Assembly: GCA_028534125.1 (NCBI GenBank)
Contig: CM052816.1
Span: forward strand, 71,426,001-71,490,000
Reading direction: 5' to 3'
DNA: 64,000 bases
Source: Lama glama
Lineage: Eukaryota
Of this stretch, positions 1-11,660 are shown piece by piece. The position numbers and the translations under genes were made by a program. The stretch's first letter is position 1. Each line of letters starts with the position of its first letter. The notes under the pieces are model-generated. The model saw only the letters and a list, made by a program, of their open reading frames with translations. It did no database searches and was not told where the DNA came from.

Positions 1-1194
1 CACCCCCTCCTCATTTAACTGAATCCTAGCTTGTTCTGAGGATCTTTCCCCCATCCTAGAGTCTGGACCTTCCTAGTTTCTCCCGATGGCATTTCATCTT
101 TTCCTCTTCTTCTCTTATGTAAAACTTTCTCTTTTGCTTCACTATTTCCTCTTCTGTATTACTCCCAGCCACATACTCACCTTCATGTCAGAGTAGAAAC
201 ACATCCACTACCCTTTTTCTCATTGCAAAGCCTACTGTGGTATGAGAACTATTGCTAAAAAGGGCTCTCAAGCTGTAGAAGGGCTTTAGGGTTGGTTTCA
301 TGAAATAGAAGCAGCTAAATTAGTATATTCAGGGAACATTTGTTAGCTGCTCTTTGTGGGAAAATACAGAACTTCCAGGTAATTGATTTCCTTCACTTTG
401 TTTCCCTCTGAAATCTGATCCAACACCAGTTTCCAACTGCTGCCTCCCATCTTTCCTGGTCTCCAACAGTCTTAGTCCCAGAATGCCCTTTTCTGTGTCC
501 ACTGCTGGCCCCTTAGCGTTTTTCCTTTCTTATCAACTCTACACCATAGTCCTTCAAAGACAAGCACCAAACCAGTATGCTCAATATCCTGGTCTTTGAA
601 TTCTCCTGCCCTCATCAGACAAAGCCTCAGAGTTGGATCAATCACTCCACTAGCCTTTCATACCCCAGCTGCCTGCAAGTAGAGAAAATAGAATTCCAAT
701 CGAGGAAATATTTGTCAATTATTTATGGTGTGCCAAATTGCAAACAAGAGAAAGGATGTGTCCTGCCCTGAAGGAATTGACTATGACTTAGATAATGCAG
801 ATTTTAGCTGACCTTGAGTATTATTTTGCATCCCTTTTTAAATTAATCTTTACTAAGCTCTCTTTTCCATTTCTTACAGAAACATCACGTTTCTTTAAAC
901 CATCAGGATCTCTCAGCAATTAGCCTTTTGCCCTTCTTCACTGAGAAAATCAAGCCCAGCTTGTAAAAACATTTTCAACTTCATCTCCATCTTTTTGTTC
1001 AAGGTTAATTCCTTTCAGATATGTTTCAAGTTTCACCTTTTTCCCTCCACCTATTCCATCCAACTTTTACTCTATCAGTTACTTGTTAGCTCTTTGCCTT
1101 CAGCTTCTTTCTTGATACTGACTTTTTTTTCTCATCAGTATATAATTATCTTTGTAAATTTCACATCTTAAAAAGAATCCATTTTGTGTCAAAT

Positions 1195-1410
1195 GTTAAT
1201 TGAGCTCCTAATACATGCCTGGCTCTGTGATAAGTCCTTTACACGTCTTTTTTCATTTCATCCTCACAGTAACTCAGAGATGTAAAATATTACTGTCACT
1301 TTACAGGTGCTAAAATGGGCTGACAGAGATAAGCCATACTCACGAAGTAGTAAAACTGAAATTTGAGCCGAGGTCCCTTTTTGTTCCAAAGCCCAAGATT
1401 CTAAACATTT
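1195..1410 (-). mobile_element. MIR SINE
   Basis: ttgagctcctaatacatgcctggctctgtg...atcctcacagtaac...tttacaggtgctaaaatggg...tttgagccgagg resembles the reverse complement of the MIR consensus. Confidence 0.8.
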
Positions 1411-1463
1411 TAGTACTTATTTATTCTTTTCTCTCTTTGCTGATTTCATCTGTCACTTACGTA

Positions 1464-1863
1464 GGTGATGGTTAGTTTTATGTGTCATCTTGGCTAGGCT
1501 ATAGTACTTAGTTATTTAATCAAATAGTAATCTGATGTTGCTGGGGAAGTATTTTGTAGATGTGTTTAGCATCTACAATCAATCAACTTTAATAAAGGAG
1601 ATTACTCTCGAAAATGTGTCTGGGCCACATCCAATCAGATGAAAGGCCTTAAGAGCAAAACTGAGGTTTTCTGGAGAAGAGGAATTTGACCTCAAGGCTA
1701 CTGCATCAGCTCTGGCTGTAACTGCCAGCCTGTCAGATTGCCCTACAGATTTTGGACTTGCCAGCCCCCATAAGCATGTGAGCCAATTCTTCAAAATAAA
1801 TCACACACTCACACACTATTCACTGCTGGTTCTGTTTCGCTATGGAGAACTCTAACTGATACA
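1464..1863 (+). mobile_element. MLT2 (MLT2D-like) ERVL solo LTR
   Basis: Starts gtgatggttagttttatgtgtcatcttggctaggct, contains ccaatcagatgaaaggccttaagagcaaaactgaggttt, ends ggagaactctaactgataca; interrupts an L2. Confidence 0.85.
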
Positions 1864-2407
1864 TATAGCGATGACTTTTATCTATGGCTTCCGCCCTTAC
1901 CTTTCTCCTGGTTCCGTATCTAGATGTTTAACTGTCTATCGCTTCTTCACGTAGATGATCAAAGGAAAACTTAAACTCATGTCCAGACTATCTTCCCTTC
2001 CACTGCCCTCCCAGTCTGTGTCTCCTCGTGTGTTCCAGTGCAGGTGAATGGCATTGCCTACCGAGCTGCCAGACCACACATTCTGCCTCTCCCTGGATCA
2101 CTCACACACAGTTTGCACAAATATTTCTCCTTTGTCTCTTTTTAATCTCTCGTCAGCCCTTCAGTCAATTTGCCAATAACTTCACTTAGACCACCACCAT
2201 TCTTGTCTGCATTTTGTCATGACTCACTTTTTCTTGGAATGGTTTCTGTTTTCCTGATCGAATCTGAATTAACACACTTCTCAAATTATTCTCAGTTTGA
2301 GACAGCTGCCCCTTCTCTGTAATCTCATATGCTTCATGGTTTACATACATTGCAGTAATTACCACACTGGCTTACAGCTGCACCATTAAGAGCCTCTTTT
2401 CCCCTAA
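1864..2407 (+). mobile_element. L2 LINE fragment (3' end resumes at ~3250-3320 after the MER44 insertion)
   Basis: gatgacttt...aactgtcta...cttaaactcatgtccaga and later tgcccagtacaggacctggc resemble the L2 3' region. Confidence 0.6.
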
Positions 2408-2409
2408 TA

Positions 2410-3247
2410 CAGTAGTCCCCAAGTAGTCCTTGAGGGATACGTTCCAAGACCCCCAGTGGATGCCTAAAAGCTCAGACAGTACTGAACCTCATATATACTA
2501 TGCTTTCTCCTATACATACCTACCCATGGTAAGGTTTAGGTTACAAATTAGGCACAGTAAGAGATTAACAGCAACTATAATATAATAGAACATTATATAA
2601 TAAAAGTTATTTGAATGTGGTCTCTGTCTCTCCCTTAGAATATCTCATTGTACAAAGTTAATGTCTTTTTCGTCTTAAGTAAGCATTGTCATGCATCGTG
2701 GCCATCACTTTTGCAGTTGGAGATGTGATAGCAAAACTAGCATGAATATCTTTTTCCTCCTTCACAATTTCATGGACAGATGATACATTCTTACCATAGA
2801 TCTTAGCAACCTCAGCGTATGATCTTTTTTTCTTCCCTTATTAAGTCTAGAACTTTCGCCTTTTCATTTGAAGGAAGCACTTTACGGGTTCTTTAGGCAA
2901 TATGCCAGCATCACTACTCTTGTGCTTTGGCGCCATTATTAAGTAAAATAAAAGTGGTTACTCGAACCAGGCACTGTGATACCAGGACAGTAGATCTGAT
3001 AATCCAGATGGTTACTAAGTGACTAACACGACTAATGAGGAGGAATATGCTGAGCAGAGGGATGATTTACATCTCAGGTGGGATGGAGCACGAAGGCACA
3101 ACATGTCCTCATGCTATTTGAAAGGGCACACAATTTAAAACTTATGAATTGTTTATTTCTGGAATTTTCCATTTAATATTTTCAGATCAGGTTGACTGTG
3201 GGTAAGAAACCTTGGCAAGCAAAACTGCCAATAAGGGGGGACCACTC
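2410..3247 (-). mobile_element. MER44/Tigger7-family non-autonomous DNA transposon (TcMar-Tigger)
   Basis: TIR-like ends cagtagtcccc / ataaggggggaccactc, TA on both sides (2408-2409, 3248-3249), internal gatacgttccaagacccccagtggatgcct typical of MER44. Confidence 0.88.
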
Positions 3248-3459
3248 TACACTGTCAACTTCATATTTATTCATGTTTGTATGGCCAGTGCCCAGTACAG
3301 GACCTGGCGTATCAAATTAACCAAAAAATAAATACAGTCAACCATGAGACAATATGATTTAATATCGAAATAAAAATTAAACAGATTATATATTCATTGA
3401 GTATCTGCGATGAGCACAGCTAGCTGCCCTCAAAATACTCATCCTCCTGTATTATTTAG

Positions 3460-3790
3460 TTGTTGCTGGTAAGTGGCTGGCCAAACAGACGTTGTGTTTT
3501 AAAATTTCCCTTTTATGCAGATGTGGAAATGCAACTAGTTTTTCCATTTTGGAGAAATGGGTAAGATTTCTCCACACCCTTTTTCTTCCTTTTGTCATTA
3601 AATGCAGGCCCTGGGTCATGGCAGAGCTGAGTGTTGGAAGGGGCCTAGGCCTCTGAGTCACTACATGGAGGAACACATCTGCTGACCTCATTGCATATTG
3701 TGCAAGCAACAGTCAAACATCAGTGCTTGTTATGACACTGACATTTTGAAGGACTATTTGTCACAGCAACTATTTTTTTCCTAACAATAT
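3460..3790 (+). mobile_element. MLT1 (MLT1J-like) MaLR LTR, 3' part
   Basis: atggcagagctgag...cctctgagtcactacatggagg...tatgacactgacattttgaaggactatttgtcacagca resembles an MLT1 3' end. Confidence 0.55.
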
Positions 3791-5032
3791 AGCCTTCAAC
3801 GTAAAATTTAAAAATCATAAATTTAGAATATGTGATTCAGTGGCATTCAGGTTATAGAATTGTCTCCAAGTTATCAGCCTTTATAGTATGCATATCATGA
3901 TCTCAGTCAACTTTATCTAAATTAAGTTTAGAAGGTTGAAAAGCCACTGATATGGGTGAGACCATTTGAATATATTCTCATGTTTTCTCCACACCATGAG
4001 GCTGTATTAGTTTTTGAGATCTAACACAGGTTTCAGCCAATTTCAGAAAACAGTTTAAAATTCAAATTTCGTCCTTAGCAAAAGTTAACTCACTTCTAAT
4101 GCAACAACACTTTTCATGATTAGCTACCCCCAGAAATGTCTTTTTTTAAATTCTATTTGGAAATTTATTCTGAGGGAATTTGTTTAAATATTTCCCTTAG
4201 CTCAAAAGACAGAAATTTATTAAGTTGTTATCAAAAGCTAAAAATAAATTTGAAAACATTGAAGTAAAAATTATGAACTGTTCAGAATGAGTAATCTATT
4301 GGAAAGATCAGCTAACTTCTTTTAATTGTCACATATTTTTAATATCTGTGGAATATCAAAGCCAGAAGACCAAAAAATGCTATCAACATAGTTTGTATGC
4401 ATAAAAGTTTATAAAAGTCTATATACACATATCATCAATACTCACAAGTTATCTTAATGATTTATGGTTCCAGTGAACATTCAAGCCAAACAAAAAGATT
4501 TAGGAAAAAATGTTAACGGACCAAGGATGTTCTACTTTTTGTAAGAAGAGTTTGCACCATAATCCAGTGAATACCTTGTGAATCAATCTTATCATTAAAC
4601 AAATTTGAAAAGAATGCCAAGAAAAATAAGAAAGCTTACACAAGTCTGTTTCTTTGACTGAATCAAAGACAATTTTTTCCAAATCAAGATGGTGGGATTT
4701 CTACAGCAAAGTTCAAGGTAGTGTTTAGTGGCGAGGCACCTGGAAAGAATGTATGTGTTTTGGCTAAAATTACCCAAGGTTCATGTTCAGGAAAAGGTTT
4801 TGAGAAAGAGTGCCAGAAATTTCTCATTCTACAAACATCTTACTTTTCCCCTAATCGCTTTGTGGTTGAAGCCAGAGTGGCAGTCCTGACGGACACAGGC
4901 AGCTACCTAATGTATTGATGTAGGATAGACCAGTGATCCTGTGCTTTACCTCTTTTCTGTTGAATTTAAAAGATATAATGCATGTAAATCCCTTAAAACT
5001 GTTCTGGCAGAGTGAGCATGCAATACTGGAAG

Positions 5033-5340
5033 AGGCCATATATCATCAAGTTTAAGTGCACGTGTTCTGGAGCCAGACTGCCTGGGTGTGAGCCCCAGTT
5101 CTACCACATCTCCCCATGTGACTATGAGCAAGTACTTAACCTCTTTGTGCCTCATGGCTTTTTCTTTTTTTCTTCAGCAGAAGTGAGGATCGTAGTCAAG
5201 CCACTTCATAGGGCAGTTGTGAGGATGAAAATACTAACTGCATGTTAAGTGTTTAGAGTAGCACCTGTCCCATTATAAGGCTCGATAAACAGTAGCCATT
5301 AGAACTTAGTATGTACCTAGTGCTTAATAAATGTTAGCCT
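5033..5340 (+). mobile_element. MIR SINE, near full length
   Basis: tctggagccagactgcctgggtgtgagccccagttctaccac...tgtgactatgagcaagtacttaacctctttgtgcctca...gttgtgaggatgaaa. Confidence 0.9.
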
Positions 5341-6556
5341 CTTCCTCCTATCCCAAAGAGAAGTCATTTTATTAATTATAAATGTAAATTATTGGTTTCT
5401 TTTATCCTTTTTAATATACTCAAATGCCGTTTCCCTTGAATACTTCACACTGGTTTCTTTTCAATCACAAATTAAATTATTATTATTTTTCCATACAGAA
5501 AAGATTTCCTAAACCTCCATACATTTAAAAGAAATCATTCCTATTTAGGATCTTAAAGAAATTAAGTTAGATTTACTTTTGAAATTGTAATACATTTTTA
5601 AAGCAGATTATTTCTCCTTAAGGATGATGATGTAGAGAATTCATTTTGAGCCTTTAGGGTATAAACAAAGACACTATTCAAGTTCCATAAATTCTTTTAG
5701 CATGCCAGATGTAAAATCAATTAGCTGTAGTAGAAATACGGTCTCATATTTTAAGGACTGCAACATTCTAATTGCTTGGTCTGCAGTTTTTTTTAACAGT
5801 AATATAAGGGGATTTGGGCTTAAACATTTTTCATTTCTAGAATGTTCCTGGTTGACTTTTGAAAGTGCCCTCACATAAATGCACCAAGAATCTTCTTTGG
5901 ACATTCAAAAACAGAAAAACACATCTGTAATTTCAAAAAGACATCTCAGAAAGGTTCTTCACCCCATAATAAATAAAAGGCCATCACCAAGATTTATCTA
6001 TGATCCCTAAATATTTGTTATGAGTGTTCACAATTGGAAATGCCCATTCTAAAGACATTCTAAAATTTATGATTTAAAAAAAATCAACAGACTGAGATTG
6101 TTCGGTTAGATTAGACGTTGCCTAAGAAAAGAGAAAATTTAATACTCCCCAAAACACAGTCACAGGCAGTAACAATGAGATAACAGACAGTAGCTCACTG
6201 AGTGGTGAATTAATGACTCTAGACTAGAAAGGTCAACTGGTTATACTGGACTTAGTTTTACATACCTAGTCTATGTAAACCTCAGTCCCATTATCAGAAA
6301 AATAAAATACTGAGAAATTGCTTGACTCACAAGGGGAGCTCACAGCTAACATCTGTTAGCAAAGGCTGTTCTATTGGGCAGGTATGTTAACACTAGCTTT
6401 ATGTTAGCTCCTCACTGCCCTTTTCCAAATCAATTACTTGCTGATATTTAGACAGAATTGAAAGTAGTTTCTACCAAAGACACTATTAACCATATCTCTA
6501 ACCTGGATCAAAAGCAGAACATTTATTTCTCTTGCTCAAATTTGATGTAGTTTGTC

Positions 6557-6850
6557 AATCAGTTATCTGAAAACTTTGAGGCTAGATATGTGTAGAAATT
6601 TGGGGTTTTCTATTTTTAAAAATTAAATGTGATTCAAATAGAGTATACTTCATTAAACTCTCAGAAAGGTATAAAGCAGGATATTGTAATAAAAAGCATT
6701 CATGTATCTTCAGTATAAATATATAGATATTTACACTAACTAGATCTAGTAAATATACAAAATAACTAAGTTACCAAGTAAGTTAATGAAAATGTTTGTT
6801 TTACAGAACACCGATTATTTTGAAATTGTAAATACAGTATTGTGGGTTAA
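6557..6850 (+). mobile_element. MER46C-like Tigger DNA transposon remnant
   Basis: ttatctgaaaactttgaggctagatatgtg...tgtaataaaaagcattcatgtatct...atttacactaa...gaaattgtaaatacagtattgtgg is colinear with recalled MER46C. Confidence 0.6.
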
Positions 6851-6959
6851 TAACATAAAAATTGTGAGCTAAAAGTGATTCCGAGTAATAAGTTATGGTT
6901 ACTGAAATCACAAATTTAATAATTTATTAACAGAATAATGTGAGTTTAGTTTTGTATTG

Positions 6960-7430
6960 TGCTGACCAATCCACTGATAATAGCTGTAAACTCTGGACAA
7001 AATATGTTTTCTAAAAATTTTATAAAGACATTGGAAATCAACTGGTAGTAAACACAAACTGCAGATAATACGACCTATGAAAGTAGGAAACCAACTAGGT
7101 GAGATGCACAATTATACAGTTTTTTTGGCCTCTAAGGACACTTGCTAGTTCATATTTTCATGCAGAAAGAGTTTGAGGAATCAGAGGTAGAATTTGAAGT
7201 AGCCATAATGGCTAGAAAACGAAAAAGGTAATGCCAGAGGGGGAAAAAGCCACAAAGAAGGAAGTGATTTGCAAAAAAAAAAACAAAAAACAAAAACAAA
7301 ACCTTCCTTCCAATTCAAACTGATATACCTGAATGATCTATGCATAAGACATCAAGCATCAGGAAAAAAAAAAAAAAAAGATGAAGCCTGAAAGAGTTGA
7401 AAAGAGATTTCAAAAATTGCTGAAAAGATT
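6960..7430 (+). mobile_element. Old L1M 5'-region fragment
   Basis: taatagctgtaaactctggacaaaatatg...aagacattggaaatcaac resembles the L1M4/L1ME 5' end; A-rich. Confidence 0.4.
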
Positions 7431-7479
7431 CAAATTTTTACAAGTTGATTAACTTTGTCAAAGGCTATTGGAATATTAA

Positions 7480-8930
7480 AAGAAAAGCTGAGGACAAAGG
7501 AGTAACTTCTAGATTTGAGGCAACTGATGACTTTTCACAAGAGTAGTTTCAGACTATGGTGTAGATGGAGGAGGTTGAGGAGAAATTTCAAGATAAGAAA
7601 ATAGAGATAGTTACTGTAAAAAGAATCTTTTCGAGATTAGCTTGGAAAGAGAAAAAAAAAGGTGAAGACATTATTGAAGAAGGATGTGAGGCCAAAGTAA
7701 CATTTTCTAAGGTTGGAAGGTACTAAAACAAGGTGAGTATGCTGATGAAAATGATCCAGTGTGGCTAGAAAAAAAATTGATGTTGCAAAACAAGGGGAAA
7801 ATGTGCAGGAGCAAAGCTGTTGGGAAGGTGAGAACAGTTGGTATCTTAGAGCGTGATGAAGGTGATTGATATGGACTGGAGTCAACACAAGTCATCCCCT
7901 AACCATTGTAACAGGATAGAAGACAGACAATGTGGCAAACTTGGGTATATTGGTGGGTATAGTATGGTTGGAGAAACCAGGTGAATTTCAGTTTACTATT
8001 TCTACTGATCCTATGGGCCATGAATGTAAGACCCTGGTTTAATTTCAAAAGAATTTTCATAGGATGCTTATTAGGTGTCAGTCATAATTCTTCTCTTGGT
8101 TCAAACCCAGGAAGAATAGGAGCAAGAAGCCAAATAGTAAAAGTATCAACTTTACTCTCTCAGGTGGTAGAAAATCAGGGAAATTGTACAGTATGTACAG
8201 TAGGTATTTGGATCTGGAGCTCAAAAAAAAGCCTGAGGTGGAGACCAAGATTTCTTAGTCAGTGGTTCAAACTTTGGACTGAACAAGATCATCTAGGGGG
8301 AAGATACGGTAAGAAAAAAGTGGAAAACTGAAAATAGAACCCTAGGGAAAATTCATATTTGAAATGCAAGAAGAAAATGAAGAGCTTTCTAAGAAGTAAC
8401 CAAAACAGTAACTCAGAATTCAACATACTTGGTTATAGTGTCAAATACCAAAGAAAAATTAACTGAGGTAAGAAGAGACAAGGATACAGACATAAGAATT
8501 TAGTGAGTTCAATCTAAAGCTGGATTCTAAAGATTAAGGACTGAAAGGGAGGGACGAAATATAGTGATGTTGAGGTTGGTCTACTATTTCAGGAATGTTG
8601 AATGTCATAGGGAAGAAAAGGAAATGGGAATAATTACAAGGAGGGGACTTTTTGTTGCATAGGTTTTATGTATTTTTAACGGTAGAAGTTTAATCCAGGT
8701 TTCTTTTAACTAAGAGCAGTAAGAAGTAGTAAGGGGAGTTTGCAGACATAGGAAAGAGAATAGTCAGTGAAACAAGTGCCTCAGGGATGAGTATTAACGG
8801 TAGCCATTAGAGAAGATGTCAGAATGATTCTCCGACAGGTCAGTTTGTATAATCTGATTGGTACTGGTAGAGGAGAGGGAGCTCTCACCTGAAATTCTCA
8901 GTTTTCTTAGCAAAATTGGAAGCAATGAGG
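7480..8930 (-). mobile_element. Degenerate L2 LINE fragments
   Basis: Purine-rich; tgatgacttttcacaagagtagtttcag and tttggatctggagctcaaaaaaaagcctgaggtggagac match antisense L2. Confidence 0.6.
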
Positions 8931-8999
8931 AAAAGAACAGACTGATAGAAGGGAAACTAAGTCAGTTCTTTTCTGCAGGTGGTTTACCCAAGCCTGGCC

Positions 9000-9630
9000 A
9001 AAACCCAGGGTACACAAAGAAATGAACATATGAATCCAAGAAATGAGAACAAACAAGAAGATACCTATAGAACTGAAGGAGGTTTTCCAGAAGAAAATTC
9101 TGGAAATTCCACAGCTGCAGATTAATCCCTTATGCCCAGTCCTCCAGGAAGAGATCAATGCCTAAGAATCTCTGAGATGGATTCAGATTTTCTTAAAAAG
9201 CATATGCAGATGGTACAAGTCATAAAATTAACTAAGAGCAGACAGACTAATGGCTCCTGTCGGTATAAGCTACGCCTTGAATAAAATTTTTAAAATGAGA
9301 AACAAAAGGGTGCTTTTCTTTATCATGAAAACAAATCACACCAAATTAGCCACAATTAGGTATAGTCCCAGTAGGATAATGCCATATGCAAGTAGATGAA
9401 GTACAAGCGTTCGACAGAGACTTTACTGAGATTCCTAGAAAAAGTGAACTTGATCACTAAACTTATCCAGAGGATAAGTTGGAATTTTTGACCAGAGGAA
9501 TTTTTAACTAACAGAAAGATTGCCAATTAAGAGATTGATGCTTGCCAGTAAGAAAGTCTCTAAGTAGAATGTCAAAAAGTGCAGTTTTCAACATTACCCA
9601 CTGCAAACATTTTACCAATGACATGGATGC
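9000..9630 (+). mobile_element. L3/CR1 LINE ORF2 remnant
   Basis: aaatcacaccaaattagcc, caagcgttcgacagag, aaagtctctaagtagaatgtca and caaacattttaccaatgacatggatg are colinear with the L3 RT region. Confidence 0.5.
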
Positions 9631-10051
9631 CATAATATAGGACATGTTTATGATGGGCAGAGAAAGCTAACAAAAATGTATGTGTGAGTAAGACAGAAAG
9701 GGAAGAAGGAATGGAGGGAGGAAGAAAAGGAAGACAGAGACAGAGAAAAGGTATTAATATTAATAGATAAAGATATATATATATCTTCCGTCCACTCATC
9801 TTCAGATTTCAAATCCACTACTGCCATCCTCATCATAGCCTTCATAGTTCTTGTCTGAACCAGAGCACCACCACTCTATTTTCTTGATTTCACTTTTATG
9901 GTTGCCCAGTTTAGAGAAAAAGTTGAGCGTAAACAGAAAAAGGATGGTGATATAAAAAGGACTAATGACAGAAGGTTTGACCATGGATATGTCATACATT
10001 TGAATTAAAGAATTCTGATGCCTTTAATTTTTTTTATCACTTACTCACCAT

Positions 10052-10082
<31 letters not shown>
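10052..10082. repeat. (CA)n microsatellite
   Basis: Uninterrupted acacac run. Confidence 0.95.
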
Positions 10083-10084
<2 letters not shown>

Positions 10085-10499
10085 TATTAAAGCAATTATT
10101 TTAACCTATTTGACACGTACATCTCTCTCTGAAAAGACTGTCATCTTGCTGATAAAATCCTAAATGGCTCTTTGGCCCTGTTTGACTTTGGGGAAATCTA
10201 AAAATAGACTATTATCTCTACCACCTACGGTCTTTACTCTGAACTCACCCAGAATGCATGGACTCAGACTTCTATTTTTAAATCATGTATATACATATTG
10301 AGAAAAAAGAAAGAAAGAAGTCTCTACTTCCTTTTTAAATTATTCTTCCTTTTACATTTTTGGTGTGAGAGGAAACAAAAAAATCACTGCTATGCCTGGC
10401 GTCTCTGCCTACTGACCTCTAAAAGGAAATCGTGTCGAATTTTTTTGGCAGACTAAAAGATAGCAAATCTATAGCTGTTTTTCTTCTTCCGTTTACCTC

Positions 10500-11660
10500 T
10501 CCTTTATGACAAGAAGGAAGATAATGACTGAAATATATGCAATACTTAAATGTTGTCAGATATTCGTCATATTTATATTCCTTACCGACTCCGCTGTCCC
10601 TCGTGATTTAATACTACATTAAAGTCAAACCTGCGAGGACATCATAAACAGCTCTTGTTTAAAGGGCATTGTGAAGGAGAGCCTTTAATCTGATTGATGA
10701 AATAAATGGAAAGTAATCTATCCTCTATTCAACAGCTTGTTGATGATATGAAAGAATTCCTACTCAAGCAAGCAAGGCTTTAAAGAGAAAGACCTCTTTC
10801 ATCCTGTCAGCCTCTCATTTTTAGAAAAAAGTTAAGTTTTTCATCATGGTTCAGGGGAGTCCTTGTAAAACGTTCATTGAAAATTTAAGAGCAATTACAG
10901 TGTCAGACAGCTAGAAAAATTGCTTTTACTGAGTGAGAGTTCTCTGACAGATGCATTGTGGGAGAATTGATTCTTTCTAAGGGATAAGTGAATTGTCATT
11001 GTTAGGCTCTTCTCGTGACATCTAGCTGGATGTCATCTGCTTTGTAACAGAAGATTTGAATCAGACAACTGTACTCAACACTAGACAGTGTCTAGATTAG
11101 TTCTGCAAAGAAATAAGGCTTTGCTCTGCATGGCATCAACTGAGCTTTTAAAGATTACAGATGAGCAAGGGTTTCAAAAAAAAAAAAGTTAGAAAAATCA
11201 AAAACAAAGCTTTATAGCCACTTCAGAAAGCCTGGATGTTTAACCTGTAAGGAAGTCTGTCAAATCCTTGTGGAAACCATATAGAGAAAAGATCAATAGG
11301 ATACCTACGGGCTCCATTAGCTTGATGTGAAAGGGGGAGAGGGGCGCTGCTCTTCCACAAGAGAAGCTACATTATTCCAGGGATTATGCGGGATCAGTGC
11401 ACTTTGCAGAGAAGAAGAAGAGAAAATGAATGAAGATTCTTGGTGGGCCGGGACTGGAGAGAAAGGGCTTGTCAGGTAATATAACTGGTGATAAGAAAGT
11501 GGCTTATTGACTGGGAGGTGTCTCTAATTAGATGTTCATTTGCATAAGGGAAGGTGCCAGTTCTAATCCGGAGTGAGGCTGGAGGAGAGAGGCTCAGAAA
11601 AAACGGCTGTCACTCAATCGGCTGCGAGCTAAATCTAACGTAATTAGTGAGTTTAGTGCT
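10500..11660. promoter_or_regulatory. Candidate developmental enhancer (TALE/HOX/POU/homeodomain motif cluster)
   Basis: TGATTGAT 10691; CTGTCA/TGACAG 10804, 10945, 11257; TGAGTGACAG on minus strand 11607-11616; ATTTGCAT 11538; TAATCC 11564; TAATTA 11525 and 11641; no recognisable repeat. Confidence 0.45.
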
